This document shows positions 9,505 through 18,708 of a stretch of 64,000 nucleotides of DNA, one piece after another. Origin of the DNA: an uncultured Pseudoflavonifractor sp. (lineage in GTDB: Bacteria; Bacillota; Clostridia; Oscillospirales; Oscillospiraceae). Position 1 is the first letter of the stretch; the number at the start of each line of letters is the position of its first letter. The stretch is taken from assembly GCA_947577065.1 (NCBI GenBank), contig CANPTT010000005.1, positions 6,101-70,100 of the forward strand, given 5' to 3'. A program made the position numbers and the translations under genes. The notes beneath the pieces are model-generated. The model saw nothing but the letters and a program-made list of their open reading frames with translations, did no database searches and was not told where the DNA came from.

Positions 9505-9519
9505 AAGGAGGGCAACGCT

Positions 9520-10338
9520 ATGAAGGGTCTGATCCGGGATCTGGCCTGCGGGCCTGCTCTGTTTGGAGGGCTGCTGGGGTGGACAAAGACCATAGAGCCC
9601 CGAAAGTTACACTACGGGGCCCATCCCACCCAGTACCTGTTGGATTTTGTCCCCCCTGTGCCCCAGCGGGAGACAGTTGTGGTCTACCTCCACGGGGGCG
9701 GTTGGGACAAGGGCAGCCCCTCCTTCTTCTCCTTCATCGGTCAGCGGCTGGCCCAGGAGGGCTACCGCTGCGTTATGCCGGGCTACCGGCTGGTTCCCAA
9801 ATACCGTTTTCCCGCTCAAATCAAGGACGTGACCGCCGGAACCAAGGCGGCCCTCCGCTATCTGGAGAAGCAGGGGGTGGACACCGCCCGGATCGTGGCG
9901 GTGGGCTCCTCCGCCGGGGCTCAGCTGGGAGCCCTGCTGTGCTACACCGGGGAGCTGGCGGGGCGGTTTACCGGGTTCATCGGCCTGGGCGGGCCCTACC
10001 GGTTCGACCGGGAGGCCCCCCTGTCTCTTCGGGTGCTCTCCAGACGGCTTTTGAACGGCGGAGACCCCCGGGCGGCCCAGCCCTATTTCCTATTGGATAA
10101 AAACAGCCCTAAGACCCCCATGCTCCTGATCCATGGCCTGGAGGACGGGGTGGTGGGGTTCCCCTGCGGGATGGACTTTTACCGCAGGGCGTTGGAGTTG
10201 GACATCCCCGCCGCCCTCTATTTGCCCGAGACCGGAAGGGACAGCCACTCCGACTATGTGGTGGGTTCCTTTTTGGAGGAGCGGGAAAAGAGCGGGACCA
10301 TGGACAGGCTCCTCCGCTGGCTGGAGGAATTGGCGTAA
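9520..10338 (+). CDS. Alpha/beta hydrolase (HSL-like esterase)
   Basis: HGGGW, GSSAG nucleophile elbow, IHGLEDGVV, distal His. Confidence 0.88.
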   Translation: MKGLIRDLACGPALFGGLLGWTKTIEPRKLHYGAHPTQYLLDFVPPVPQRETVVVYLHGGGWDKGSPSFFSFIGQRLAQEGYRCVMPGYRLVPKYRFPAQIKDVTAGTKAALRYLEKQGVDTARIVAVGSSAGAQLGALLCYTGELAGRFTGFIGLGGPYRFDREAPLSLRVLSRRLLNGGDPRAAQPYFLLDKNSPKTPMLLIHGLEDGVVGFPCGMDFYRRALELDIPAALYLPETGRDSHSDYVVGSFLEEREKSGTMDRLLRWLEELA

Positions 10339-10405
10339 AACCCCGGGAACCTTCGTGGTACGCGGAACGTCTAAAAAGCATCTTTTATCAGGAGGATTTT
10401 CTGTC

Positions 10406-11380
10406 ATGAAACGATTTACCGCTTTTCTTCTCTGCGCTGCACTGTGCCTCTCCCCCGCCCTGGCGGTCGGGGAGGAGAAGTTCCCCGCTGTTAATGTCTA
10501 CCCCGGCTATGCCGACGTGAAGGAGACCGACTGGTTCTATGACACCGCCAAGCTCTGCTACGAGATCGGGCTGATGACCGGGACGGACAAGGGCTTTGAG
10601 CCAAACAAGACCCTCACCGGCCCCGAGTGCGCCGCCCTGGCCGCCCGGCTGCGGGAGAAGCTGACGGGAAAGCCCATTCCGGAACCCACCCCCGACCCGG
10701 GCCTGCCCTGGTACCAGCACTATGTGGACTATCTCCAGGACGCCAGCCAGGAGAGCGGCTCCAGCCTTTACGGGCTCATTAAATGGAATGATCCGGCGGA
10801 ATTTGAAAAGCCCGCCACCCGGTACGATTTCCTCCTCTTTATGGCCCTGGTGGCCGATGGGAACTGGGACTACTTTTCCAACATCAACACCATCACCTAC
10901 GAGGACCTGCCCGATGTAAAGGATGAGAATGATATCCTCCAGTTCTATAACTGGGGCATCCTCACCGGCACCGACTCCTACGGGACCTTCGCCAAGGGCA
11001 AGACCCTCACCCGGGCGGAGGCGGCGGCTATGGCGGCCCGGATGGCCAAGCCGGAGCTGCGGAAGTCCTTCACCCCCGCCGACTATGTGCTCCCCACCGC
11101 CGGGATCCCCGGCGACACGGTCCTCTTTGACAATGGGGTCACGGCCCGGGCATACTTCCAGGGGGTGAACTACGCCCTCACCTATGTGGAGTGGAGCCTG
11201 GGGGACGACTTCAACTGGCACGCCCCGTACAGCGGGACCACCGTTTTGGACTGGGTAAAAAAGGAGGCCCTGTTCCGCTGCGGGGCAGAGAAGGCCACAC
11301 CCAACCAGACATGCAAGGAGCTTGATCTGCAAGTATACTACTCCCGACTGGTAGACCTGATGGGCGGACCTTTAGGATGA
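10406..11380 (+). CDS. Secreted S-layer homology (SLH) domain protein
   Basis: RBS GGAGG, signal peptide, DV...DWF...GLMTG...F.P, GILTG...LTRAEAA. Confidence 0.85.
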   Translation: MKRFTAFLLCAALCLSPALAVGEEKFPAVNVYPGYADVKETDWFYDTAKLCYEIGLMTGTDKGFEPNKTLTGPECAALAARLREKLTGKPIPEPTPDPGLPWYQHYVDYLQDASQESGSSLYGLIKWNDPAEFEKPATRYDFLLFMALVADGNWDYFSNINTITYEDLPDVKDENDILQFYNWGILTGTDSYGTFAKGKTLTRAEAAAMAARMAKPELRKSFTPADYVLPTAGIPGDTVLFDNGVTARAYFQGVNYALTYVEWSLGDDFNWHAPYSGTTVLDWVKKEALFRCGAEKATPNQTCKELDLQVYYSRLVDLMGGPLG

Positions 11381-11429
11381 TCTCCTCCCCCCAACAAAGT
11401 AAGGATCTCTCTTAAAAAAGGAGTGCGGC

Positions 11430-12875
11430 ATGAAAAAGAAACTCATTTGCGGAACCTTATGTTTCGTGCTTTGTCTGGGCTCTGCCCAGGCGGCGGAGCC
11501 CACCTTCGTCGATGTGAAAGAGGGCGACTGGTTTGCCCCCTATGTGACCATCTGCGCCGAGACGGGCCTGATGAAAGGCACCGGAGACGGGAAGTTCACC
11601 CCCCAGGGCACCATAACGGTGGCTGAGTGTGCCGCCATCGCCGCCCGGCTGGGGGAGAATATGAACGGGACTCCTATCGTATACGGTACGGCAGCCCCCG
11701 GGGAGTCTCTGCCCTGGTATCACTGGTATGTGGAAAATCTGAAGGGCTATGGCGTCACGGTGGACAAGCCCCAGGACCCCGCCACCCGGCGGGAGTTTTT
11801 TGACCTGCTCTCGGCGGTGACCCCAAAAGAGCAGCTGACCCCTGTCAACTCCATCGACGCCCTGCCCGATGTGGACGCCGGCGATCCTGTGCTGGACTTC
11901 TACAACGCGGGCATCCTCACCGGTGTGGACCAATATGGCACCTTCCATGCCGCCGGTATGCTGACCCGGGCCGAGGTGGCCGCCATGGTGGCCCGGATCA
12001 CCGACCCCACCCTGCGCAAGGCTGGCTTTGTCCCCTCCTCCGTGGGCCGCCCCGGGATAGAGGACCAACCCACTGTACCCACCCCTGCACCCGGCCAGAC
12101 TCCCTCTGACGCCGCCTCCACGGCAGGCGCCGTGATGACGGTCAACGGCAAGCCCCTCTCTCTGGCCACCCTGGCTTACTGGATCAACATGATGGCCTAC
12201 CAGACCGACCTGACTCTGGCCACCTACTACAATTCCCGGCTGGATCTGACCAACGCCGCCCTGGCCCAGAGCATCGTGGAGCAGGCCAAGGTCCAGGCGA
12301 CGGCCCAGGTCCTGATGGAGGACAAGGCCGCCCAGCTCGGCTGTAAGGTGGACGCTCTGGCCGCCACCCTTACCCCCTCCCCCTCCCGGGAGGATCTGAG
12401 TGGATTTGTCCAGCTCAATGACCTCCTCTGCGCCAAGCATATCCTGGTAGCAGACCTCCAGTCGGCCCAGGCCGTGTTGGACGGTCTGAAGGCCGCTCCC
12501 ACCATGGAGCAGTTTGACGCCCTGCTCTATGTCTTTGGGACCGATCCGGGAATGACCAGCAACCCGGGCGGCTACCTCTTTACCGCGGGGGAGATGGTCC
12601 AGGAGTTCGAGGACGGGACCCGGGCCCTGGACATCGGCGCCTACTCCGCCGAGCCGGTCCAGTCCACCTATGGGTATCACATCATTTGGCGGCTGGACCC
12701 CACAGACCACCCCGACCTTTTGGGGGAGTATCAGGGAGCGGCCCTGGAGCAGCAGGTGAATGCCTGGCTTCAGGCGGCCGACATCCGCGAGGACTCCGAT
12801 AAGCTCTCCCGGATCGATGTGGCCGGGACCTACTCGGCCTATCTTCTTCAACTGACCGGCGGACAAAAGCAATAA
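11430..12875 (+). CDS. SLH-domain protein with C-terminal parvulin-type PPIase
   Basis: Signal peptide, SLH motifs, AKHILV...GEMVQEFE...PVQSTYGYHII. Confidence 0.85.
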   Translation: MKKKLICGTLCFVLCLGSAQAAEPTFVDVKEGDWFAPYVTICAETGLMKGTGDGKFTPQGTITVAECAAIAARLGENMNGTPIVYGTAAPGESLPWYHWYVENLKGYGVTVDKPQDPATRREFFDLLSAVTPKEQLTPVNSIDALPDVDAGDPVLDFYNAGILTGVDQYGTFHAAGMLTRAEVAAMVARITDPTLRKAGFVPSSVGRPGIEDQPTVPTPAPGQTPSDAASTAGAVMTVNGKPLSLATLAYWINMMAYQTDLTLATYYNSRLDLTNAALAQSIVEQAKVQATAQVLMEDKAAQLGCKVDALAATLTPSPSREDLSGFVQLNDLLCAKHILVADLQSAQAVLDGLKAAPTMEQFDALLYVFGTDPGMTSNPGGYLFTAGEMVQEFEDGTRALDIGAYSAEPVQSTYGYHIIWRLDPTDHPDLLGEYQGAALEQQVNAWLQAADIREDSDKLSRIDVAGTYSAYLLQLTGGQKQ

Positions 12876-12918
12876 CAGCGATCATATTTTGCTTTAATAA
12901 GGATTAGGAGTTGATTGT

Positions 12919-14709
12919 ATGGACAACTGCAAGACCGCCTACCGTTCCCATAACTGCGGCGCCCTCCGCATGGAGAACGTGGGGCAAAGCGTCATCCTGG
13001 CCGGATTCCTGGAGAATTTTCGAGAGGTAGGCTCCGGCCTGGGCTTCGCCGTGCTCCGGGACCACTACGGGGTGACCCAGGTGGTGTGCGAGACCGAGGA
13101 GATGGTCAAGGCCTTTAAGGCCCTCAACAAGGAGTCCACCGTCCAGGTCACCGGAGTGGTCCGGGAGCGGGACAGCAAAAATCCCAAGCTGCCCACCGGG
13201 GATATCGAGGTGGTGCCCTCCGCCCTTACCGTACTGGGCAAGTGCCGCCACAACGAGCTGCCCTTCCAGGTAAACCGCAGCCGGGAGGCCGATGAGGCCC
13301 TGCGCCTGAAGCACCGGTACCTGGACCTCAGGAACCCGGATGTGAAGCGGAACATCATTCTCCGCTCCCAGGTAGTGGCGGCCCTGCGCGCGTCCATGAT
13401 CGACCACGGCTTTATGGAGATCACCACCCCCATTCTCACCGCCTCCTCCCCCGAGGGGGCCCGGGACTACCTGGTCCCCAGCCGGAAGCACCCCGGCAAG
13501 TTTTACGCCCTGCCCCAGGCCCCCCAGCAGTTCAAGCAGCTTCTCATGGCCTCCGGCTTTGACAAGTACTTCCAGATCGCCCCCTGCTTTCGGGACGAGG
13601 ACGCCCGGGGCGACCGCTCCCCCGGCGAGTTCTACCAGCTGGATATGGAGATGGCCTTCGCCAGTCAGGAGGACGTGTTTGCCGTGCTGGAGGACGTGCT
13701 GCCCCCCATCTTCGCCAAATACGGCAAGTATGATACCGCCTCCAAGCCCCCCTTCACCCGCATCCCCTATCTGGAGGCTATGGAGAAATACGGCACCGAC
13801 AAGCCCGACCTGCGCATCGACCTGACCGTCACCGACGCCACCGACCTGTTGAGTGATTGCGGCTTTGAGCCCTTCTCCCATCAGACGGTAAAGGCGGTGG
13901 TGGTGTCCGATTTCGAGGGCACCCGGAAGCAGATCGACAAGCTCTGCGCCGACGTGGAGGTTCAGTCCGGCAGCAAGGCCTACTGGTTCCGGCTGGACGA
14001 AAACGGAGAGCTGGTGGGCGGCATCAGCAAGTTCGTTCAGGAGAACAAGCAGGCCGTCATCGACGCCCTGGGCCTGAAGCCCAACACCTTCGTGGGCCTC
14101 TCCGCCGGGCCTAAGGGCGCCGCCCAAAAGGCCGCCGGTGTGCTGGTCAAAACCCTTGGCGCATTCTGCCCCAACCACTTTAACAAAGAGCGCTACGAGT
14201 TCTGCTGGATCGTGGACTTCCCCATGTACGAGATCGGGGAGGAGTCCGGCGCGCTGGAGTTCTGCCATAACCCCTTCTCCATGCCCGCCGGTGGTATGGA
14301 AACGGTGGAAAAGGCCATCAAGGGCGAGATCGACCCCCTCTCCATCACCGCCGACCAGTATGACCTGGTATGCAACGGCATCGAGCTGAGCTCCGGCGCC
14401 GTGCGGAACCACGACCCGGAGATCATGATCAAGGCTTTCTGGATGGTGGGTCTGGAGGAGGAGGACGTAAAGGCCAAATTCCCCGCCATGTATAACGCCT
14501 TTACCTATGGCGCGCCCCCCCATGCCGGCATCGCCCCGGGAGTGGACCGGATGGTGATGCTCCTGGCCGGGGAGGAGTCCATTCGGGAGATCATCCCCTT
14601 CCCCATGAATAAGAACGCCCAGGACCTGATGATGGACGCTCCCAGCAAAGTCACCCAGGCTCAGCTGGACGAGCTGTGTATTGCCATCACGGCGGAGGAA
14701 GAGGAATGA
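12919..14709 (+). CDS. aspS: Aspartate--tRNA ligase
   Basis: YRSHNCG, PEGARDYLVP, ALPQAPQQFKQ, CFRDED, GAPPHAGIAPGVDR. Confidence 0.96.
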   Translation: MDNCKTAYRSHNCGALRMENVGQSVILAGFLENFREVGSGLGFAVLRDHYGVTQVVCETEEMVKAFKALNKESTVQVTGVVRERDSKNPKLPTGDIEVVPSALTVLGKCRHNELPFQVNRSREADEALRLKHRYLDLRNPDVKRNIILRSQVVAALRASMIDHGFMEITTPILTASSPEGARDYLVPSRKHPGKFYALPQAPQQFKQLLMASGFDKYFQIAPCFRDEDARGDRSPGEFYQLDMEMAFASQEDVFAVLEDVLPPIFAKYGKYDTASKPPFTRIPYLEAMEKYGTDKPDLRIDLTVTDATDLLSDCGFEPFSHQTVKAVVVSDFEGTRKQIDKLCADVEVQSGSKAYWFRLDENGELVGGISKFVQENKQAVIDALGLKPNTFVGLSAGPKGAAQKAAGVLVKTLGAFCPNHFNKERYEFCWIVDFPMYEIGEESGALEFCHNPFSMPAGGMETVEKAIKGEIDPLSITADQYDLVCNGIELSSGAVRNHDPEIMIKAFWMVGLEEEDVKAKFPAMYNAFTYGAPPHAGIAPGVDRMVMLLAGEESIREIIPFPMNKNAQDLMMDAPSKVTQAQLDELCIAITAEEEE

Positions 14710-16049
14710 GCCTTTTTCAAAACGAGGATTTCCGCCATCTCATGGACACCCTCCCCGCCAATGTGGACCGGCTGGTAAAGGCAGGGGACATTACAGGCGC
14801 CCTGCGGCTCATTGACGGTTATCTCTCCGCCGGGGTCCAGCCCGAGCTGGCCCCCCGGCTCCGGGCCGAGCGGGTACGGCTTTCCCGGCTGGAGGATAAC
14901 TACCCCCTCTCCAGGGAAGAAGCCATAGCCCAGGTGCGCTCCGAGTGGCCCGAGTTCACCGAGGAGCAGTTCGATACCCTGGTGGACCACCGCCGCATTG
15001 ACTGGCGGTATGTGAACGGCCACATCCAGTACCATGACCGTTTTCTCAGCTGCGTGCGCATCTACGCCGAGAAGGAGGCCCCCGGCTTGAAGCTGGAGCA
15101 TGAGGACCACACCCAGCGGGATGAGATGCTCTCCCGGATGGAGAGAGAGGGCGGCCTTACCGCCCGCCTTACCCTGAAGGCCACCATTAAGGCGGCCAAG
15201 CCCGCCGGCGGAAAGAAGGTCCGGGCCTGGCTCCCCATCCCGGCGGACTGCCCCCAACAGAGCGAGATCGAAATTTTGGATGCCACCCCGGGCTATGTCC
15301 TAGCCCGGTTGGACTCCCCCGCCCGGACCATCTACTGGGAGAGCAGCGAGCGGGACTGCTTTGAGGTGACCTACCGCTACAAGCACCACGCGGCCTATGT
15401 GGATCCCTACACGCTGAAATGCGACGAGGCGCAGCCCACCTTTGATACCCAGGAGGAGCTGCCCCACATCGCCTTTACCCCCTATCTCCGGGAGTTGTGT
15501 GAGCGCATCACCAAGGGCTGCAAGACCCCGGTGGAGAGGGCGGGGGCCATCTATGACTATATAACGGAGAACGTGGACTACCGCTACCAGCCCGCCTATG
15601 TGCTGCTGGACAACATCGCCGACTCCTGCGCCAAGGAGCTGCGGGGGGACTGCGGGGTCATGGCCCTCCTCTTTATCACCCTGTGCCGCATCGCCGGGGT
15701 CCCCGCCCGGTGGCAGAGCGGCCTCCACGCCACCCCGGATGACTCCGGCGCCCACGACTGGGCTATGTTTTACATCGCCCCCTACGGCTGGCTCTACGCC
15801 GACCCCTCCTTCGGCTCCGGGGCCCGGCGGAACGGAGAAGTGAGCCGCAGAAAGCACTACTTCGGCAACCTGGATCCCTGCCGCATGGTGGCAAATTCGG
15901 TGTTCCAGGCCCCCCTCACCCCTCCCGACCCCTGCTACCGCAACGACCCCTACGACAACCAGCTTGGGGAGATGACAGTGGACGGCGTAGGTATCTGGGG
16001 CGAGGACGTGGAGCGGACCGTGGAGACGGTGGAGTTTCAATTTCTGTAA
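14706..16049 (+). CDS. Transglutaminase-like domain protein
   Basis: ATGA overlap with aspS stop; GDC...LCRIAGVPARWQSG...HDWA...ADP triad motifs. Confidence 0.85.
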   Translation: MSLFQNEDFRHLMDTLPANVDRLVKAGDITGALRLIDGYLSAGVQPELAPRLRAERVRLSRLEDNYPLSREEAIAQVRSEWPEFTEEQFDTLVDHRRIDWRYVNGHIQYHDRFLSCVRIYAEKEAPGLKLEHEDHTQRDEMLSRMEREGGLTARLTLKATIKAAKPAGGKKVRAWLPIPADCPQQSEIEILDATPGYVLARLDSPARTIYWESSERDCFEVTYRYKHHAAYVDPYTLKCDEAQPTFDTQEELPHIAFTPYLRELCERITKGCKTPVERAGAIYDYITENVDYRYQPAYVLLDNIADSCAKELRGDCGVMALLFITLCRIAGVPARWQSGLHATPDDSGAHDWAMFYIAPYGWLYADPSFGSGARRNGEVSRRKHYFGNLDPCRMVANSVFQAPLTPPDPCYRNDPYDNQLGEMTVDGVGIWGEDVERTVETVEFQFL

Positions 16050-16065
16050 AACAGCGTCCACCCCG

Positions 16066-16120
16066 AAAACAAAAACAGAGGGTATTTCTCGAGGCGAGAA
16101 ATACCCTCTGTTTTTGTTTT
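16066..16120. terminator. Bidirectional terminator, 26-bp perfect inverted repeat
   Basis: AAAACAAAAACAGAGGGTATTTCTCG-AGG-reverse complement, between convergent genes. Confidence 0.85.
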
Positions 16121-16123
16121 TTC

Positions 16124-16933
16124 TCAATACCGCTCATCCAGCACATCGACAAGCGCCCCGATGGCCCCCTCCTGACAGGGGGGCAGGAGGTGAACTCCCT
16201 CTACTGCCTTCACCCCGGGGATGGCGTTGGCCGGGGCAAAGGGAAGGGCGGAGACCTCCAGCATGGAGATGTCGTTCTCATTGTCTCCCACGCAGTAGAC
16301 GTTCTCCCTCTTGATCCCCAGCAGCTCACACAGCCGCAGGACCCCGGTGCCCTTGGTGCAGCCCTTGGGGTTCAGCTCCAGCATATGCTCCGCGGAAAAA
16401 ATAGCCTCATACCGGTCTCCCCACCGGGCCAGGATCTCCCGCTGGAGCTCCTCCAGGACCTGATGCTCATGCTCCAGAATGGCCTTGTCCCAGGGATAGG
16501 GCATCTCCTCCACCCGGCTGAAATGCCCGGTGGCTCCCACATAGGCCATATGCCGCTCCACGTAGGAGTTGGTGTTCCACACATAGAGGTCGTTCTCCCC
16601 CACGTAGGCCTCCAGGCTCATCTCGGGCCGGAGCCGGGCAAGCAAAGCCATATCCTCCACAACCGAGGGGGGCAGGGGCTTTTCAAACAGGATCTCCCCC
16701 CGGTGGAAATCGCAGATAATGGAGCCGTTGGCCAGCAGCACCGGGGCGTTGAAAGGGATCAGGGGCCGCACCTGCTTAAAGGTAAGGACCGACCGTCCCG
16801 TGGCGATGGTGAATTTTCCCCCCTGGGCCTGAAAGTATTCCAGCCTCTCCAGGTTCGCCGGGGGCACATTCTGCCCCATGGCGAAGGTGGCGTCGTAATC
16901 CGAGACCAGCAGCACTCCATCAAATTTTCCCAA
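16124..16933 (-). CDS. Cof-type HAD-IIB phosphatase
   Basis: SDYDAT, ATGRS, KGTG, GDNENDISML; TTG start after AAGGA. Confidence 0.88.
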   Translation of the reverse strand: MGKFDGVLLVSDYDATFAMGQNVPPANLERLEYFQAQGGKFTIATGRSVLTFKQVRPLIPFNAPVLLANGSIICDFHRGEILFEKPLPPSVVEDMALLARLRPEMSLEAYVGENDLYVWNTNSYVERHMAYVGATGHFSRVEEMPYPWDKAILEHEHQVLEELQREILARWGDRYEAIFSAEHMLELNPKGCTKGTGVLRLCELLGIKRENVYCVGDNENDISMLEVSALPFAPANAIPGVKAVEGVHLLPPCQEGAIGALVDVLDERY

Positions 16934-16956
16934 GGGGGTCCCTTCTTTCTCTTTGG

Positions 16957-17514
16957 TTATTTCAAATCGGAGCCCTCCAGCCACTTGCGGACGGGGGCAA
17001 CCATGCTCAGGGCAAAGACGCCCACCAGCGTGATCACTGTGCTGGGGAGCATATAGAACAGGTTATAGAGGAACGAATAAAAGAAGGGCGTTGTCATGGT
17101 CATGCCCAGAAACTCCTCCGGCATCCACTCGGCATAGACGGTAACGCCGCTGAGGTAGTGGACCACGAACCGGGCCACACAGCCCATCAGAGCGGCCAGC
17201 CACGCGGTGTTGGCCTTGCCCTTGAGCACCCCGGCAAAGCCCACAAAGGCGTAGGCCACGGAATAGTCGAAGAGGATAGAGACCCAACTGATGACAAAGC
17301 CCTCGCCCAGAAAATACTTCAGGGTCCCGAAAACCAGGCCCGCGCCGACGCCCCAGCCCCACCCCCAGCGGATGGCGAACAGGACCAGTGGGATCATGGT
17401 GGCGTTGATGGACCCGCCGCTGGGCCCCACGTCCAGCTTCACATAGCTCAGCACCACCGACATGGCGACGCACAGCGCTCCCTCACAGAGCATTCGGACT
17501 TTTTCGTTTCTCAT
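16957..17514 (-). CDS. thiT: ECF S-component thiamine transporter ThiT
   Basis: GGSI..MIPL, G...G...G, DY..AY, HYLSG...W, YSFLYN; lies under a TPP riboswitch. Confidence 0.92.
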   Translation of the reverse strand: MRNEKVRMLCEGALCVAMSVVLSYVKLDVGPSGGSINATMIPLVLFAIRWGWGWGVGAGLVFGTLKYFLGEGFVISWVSILFDYSVAYAFVGFAGVLKGKANTAWLAALMGCVARFVVHYLSGVTVYAEWMPEEFLGMTMTTPFFYSFLYNLFYMLPSTVITLVGVFALSMVAPVRKWLEGSDLK

Positions 17515-17608
17515 TGTTTTTGCCTCTCTTTTCTAAAAAAGTACCGCAAGCGCAAACCGGGGGAAGCGCATTGCGGTACAAAAGGAGACAAAAATCGTCT
17601 GCTAAATC

Positions 17609-17706
17609 GCTTCCTACGCCGGCATTACCCGGATCAGGTTCCAAGGGACCGGGGGCGGCACTACGCCCCTGCATCTCAGCCGGACTTGCGTCCAGCGCCC
17701 CTGTAT
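17609..17706 (-). ncRNA. TPP riboswitch
   Basis: Minus strand GGGGCGC...GCTGAGA...CCCTTGGAACCTGATCCGGGTAATGCCGGCGTAGGAA; downstream hairpin 17541-17584. Confidence 0.95.
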
Positions 17707-17806
17707 TCAGTTTGTCCTCGCGGTCTGAAGATTATTGTATATGAGCGGGTGGATTTTGTCAAGTGGAGCACAGCGCCCCGGCACGCCACCCCCCCCACGC
17801 CTTCCC

Positions 17807-18586
17807 TCATTTGGCCGGGCACTGTCTCCCCGTGTGGTCCAAGGTATAATCCGTCCCGCATTCCCCAGGCAATATGAGCTGGGAAATGGGCACAAAGGTA
17901 TACCCCTGCTGAAGAAGGGCGTCAATGATCCCGGGGAGCGCCTCGGGCGTATGCTTGGCAGCATTGTGGAACAGGACGATGGACCCGGCCTGGACCTTTC
18001 CCGTCACCCGCTTGGTGATCTCGGCGGCGGAGAGGTCCTTCCAGTCCAGGGAATCCACGTCCCACTGGATGGGCTCCATATCCATAGAGCGAATGGCAGA
18101 GATCACATTGTCGTCATACTCCCCATAGGGGGGCCGGATCAGGGTGGGCCGCACCCCGGTCACCGCCTCGATCTTGTCGTTGCAGGCGTTCACGTCGGCA
18201 ATGATCTCCTCCCGGCTGAGCTGGGACATGTGGGCGTGGTCGTTGGAGTGGTTCATCACCTCATGTCCCGCGTCGTGGAGCGCCTTCACCGACTCGGGAT
18301 ATTTGTCCACCCACTCCCCCACCACGAAAAAGGTGGCCTTGATATCATACTTGCCCAAAATGTCGATGAGCTGCTGGGTGTCCTCATTTCCCCAGGCCGC
18401 GTCAAAGGAGATCGAGATCATCTTCTGGTCCCTCTGGACGCAGTAGATGGGAAGCTGCCTCTGGGTGGCCGAGGCCACCACCGCCGGGGCATTCACCGCC
18501 CCGAACATCACCGCCGCCGCCAGGGCGCAGGCCAGCACCGTCATGGGCTTTCGCTTCAGATGGAAGATCTTCACATTCAGGTTCAT
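17807..18586 (-). CDS. Polysaccharide deacetylase (PdaB-like)
   Basis: LPIYCV, SFDAAWG, ATFF, NHS..H, RPPYG, W.VDSLDW, VLFHN; sigma-E-like CATATAAAT upstream. Confidence 0.85.
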   Translation of the reverse strand: MNLNVKIFHLKRKPMTVLACALAAAVMFGAVNAPAVVASATQRQLPIYCVQRDQKMISISFDAAWGNEDTQQLIDILGKYDIKATFFVVGEWVDKYPESVKALHDAGHEVMNHSNDHAHMSQLSREEIIADVNACNDKIEAVTGVRPTLIRPPYGEYDDNVISAIRSMDMEPIQWDVDSLDWKDLSAAEITKRVTGKVQAGSIVLFHNAAKHTPEALPGIIDALLQQGYTFVPISQLILPGECGTDYTLDHTGRQCPAK

Positions 18587-18708
18587 CAAAACCCCTCCTT
18601 GTGTGCCATTTATATGTGGCGGAGGCGGGTGGCATACCCTCTCCCGGGGCAAAAAAAGACAGCCCGCCGGCTCCCGGCGGGCTGTCCCATTTCATTCAGA
18701 AAGGAAGA

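Noticed and set aside
16066-16120. 26-bp perfect inverted repeat as possible MITE ends
   Set aside because: 3-nt loop with A/T tails between convergent genes fits a bidirectional terminator
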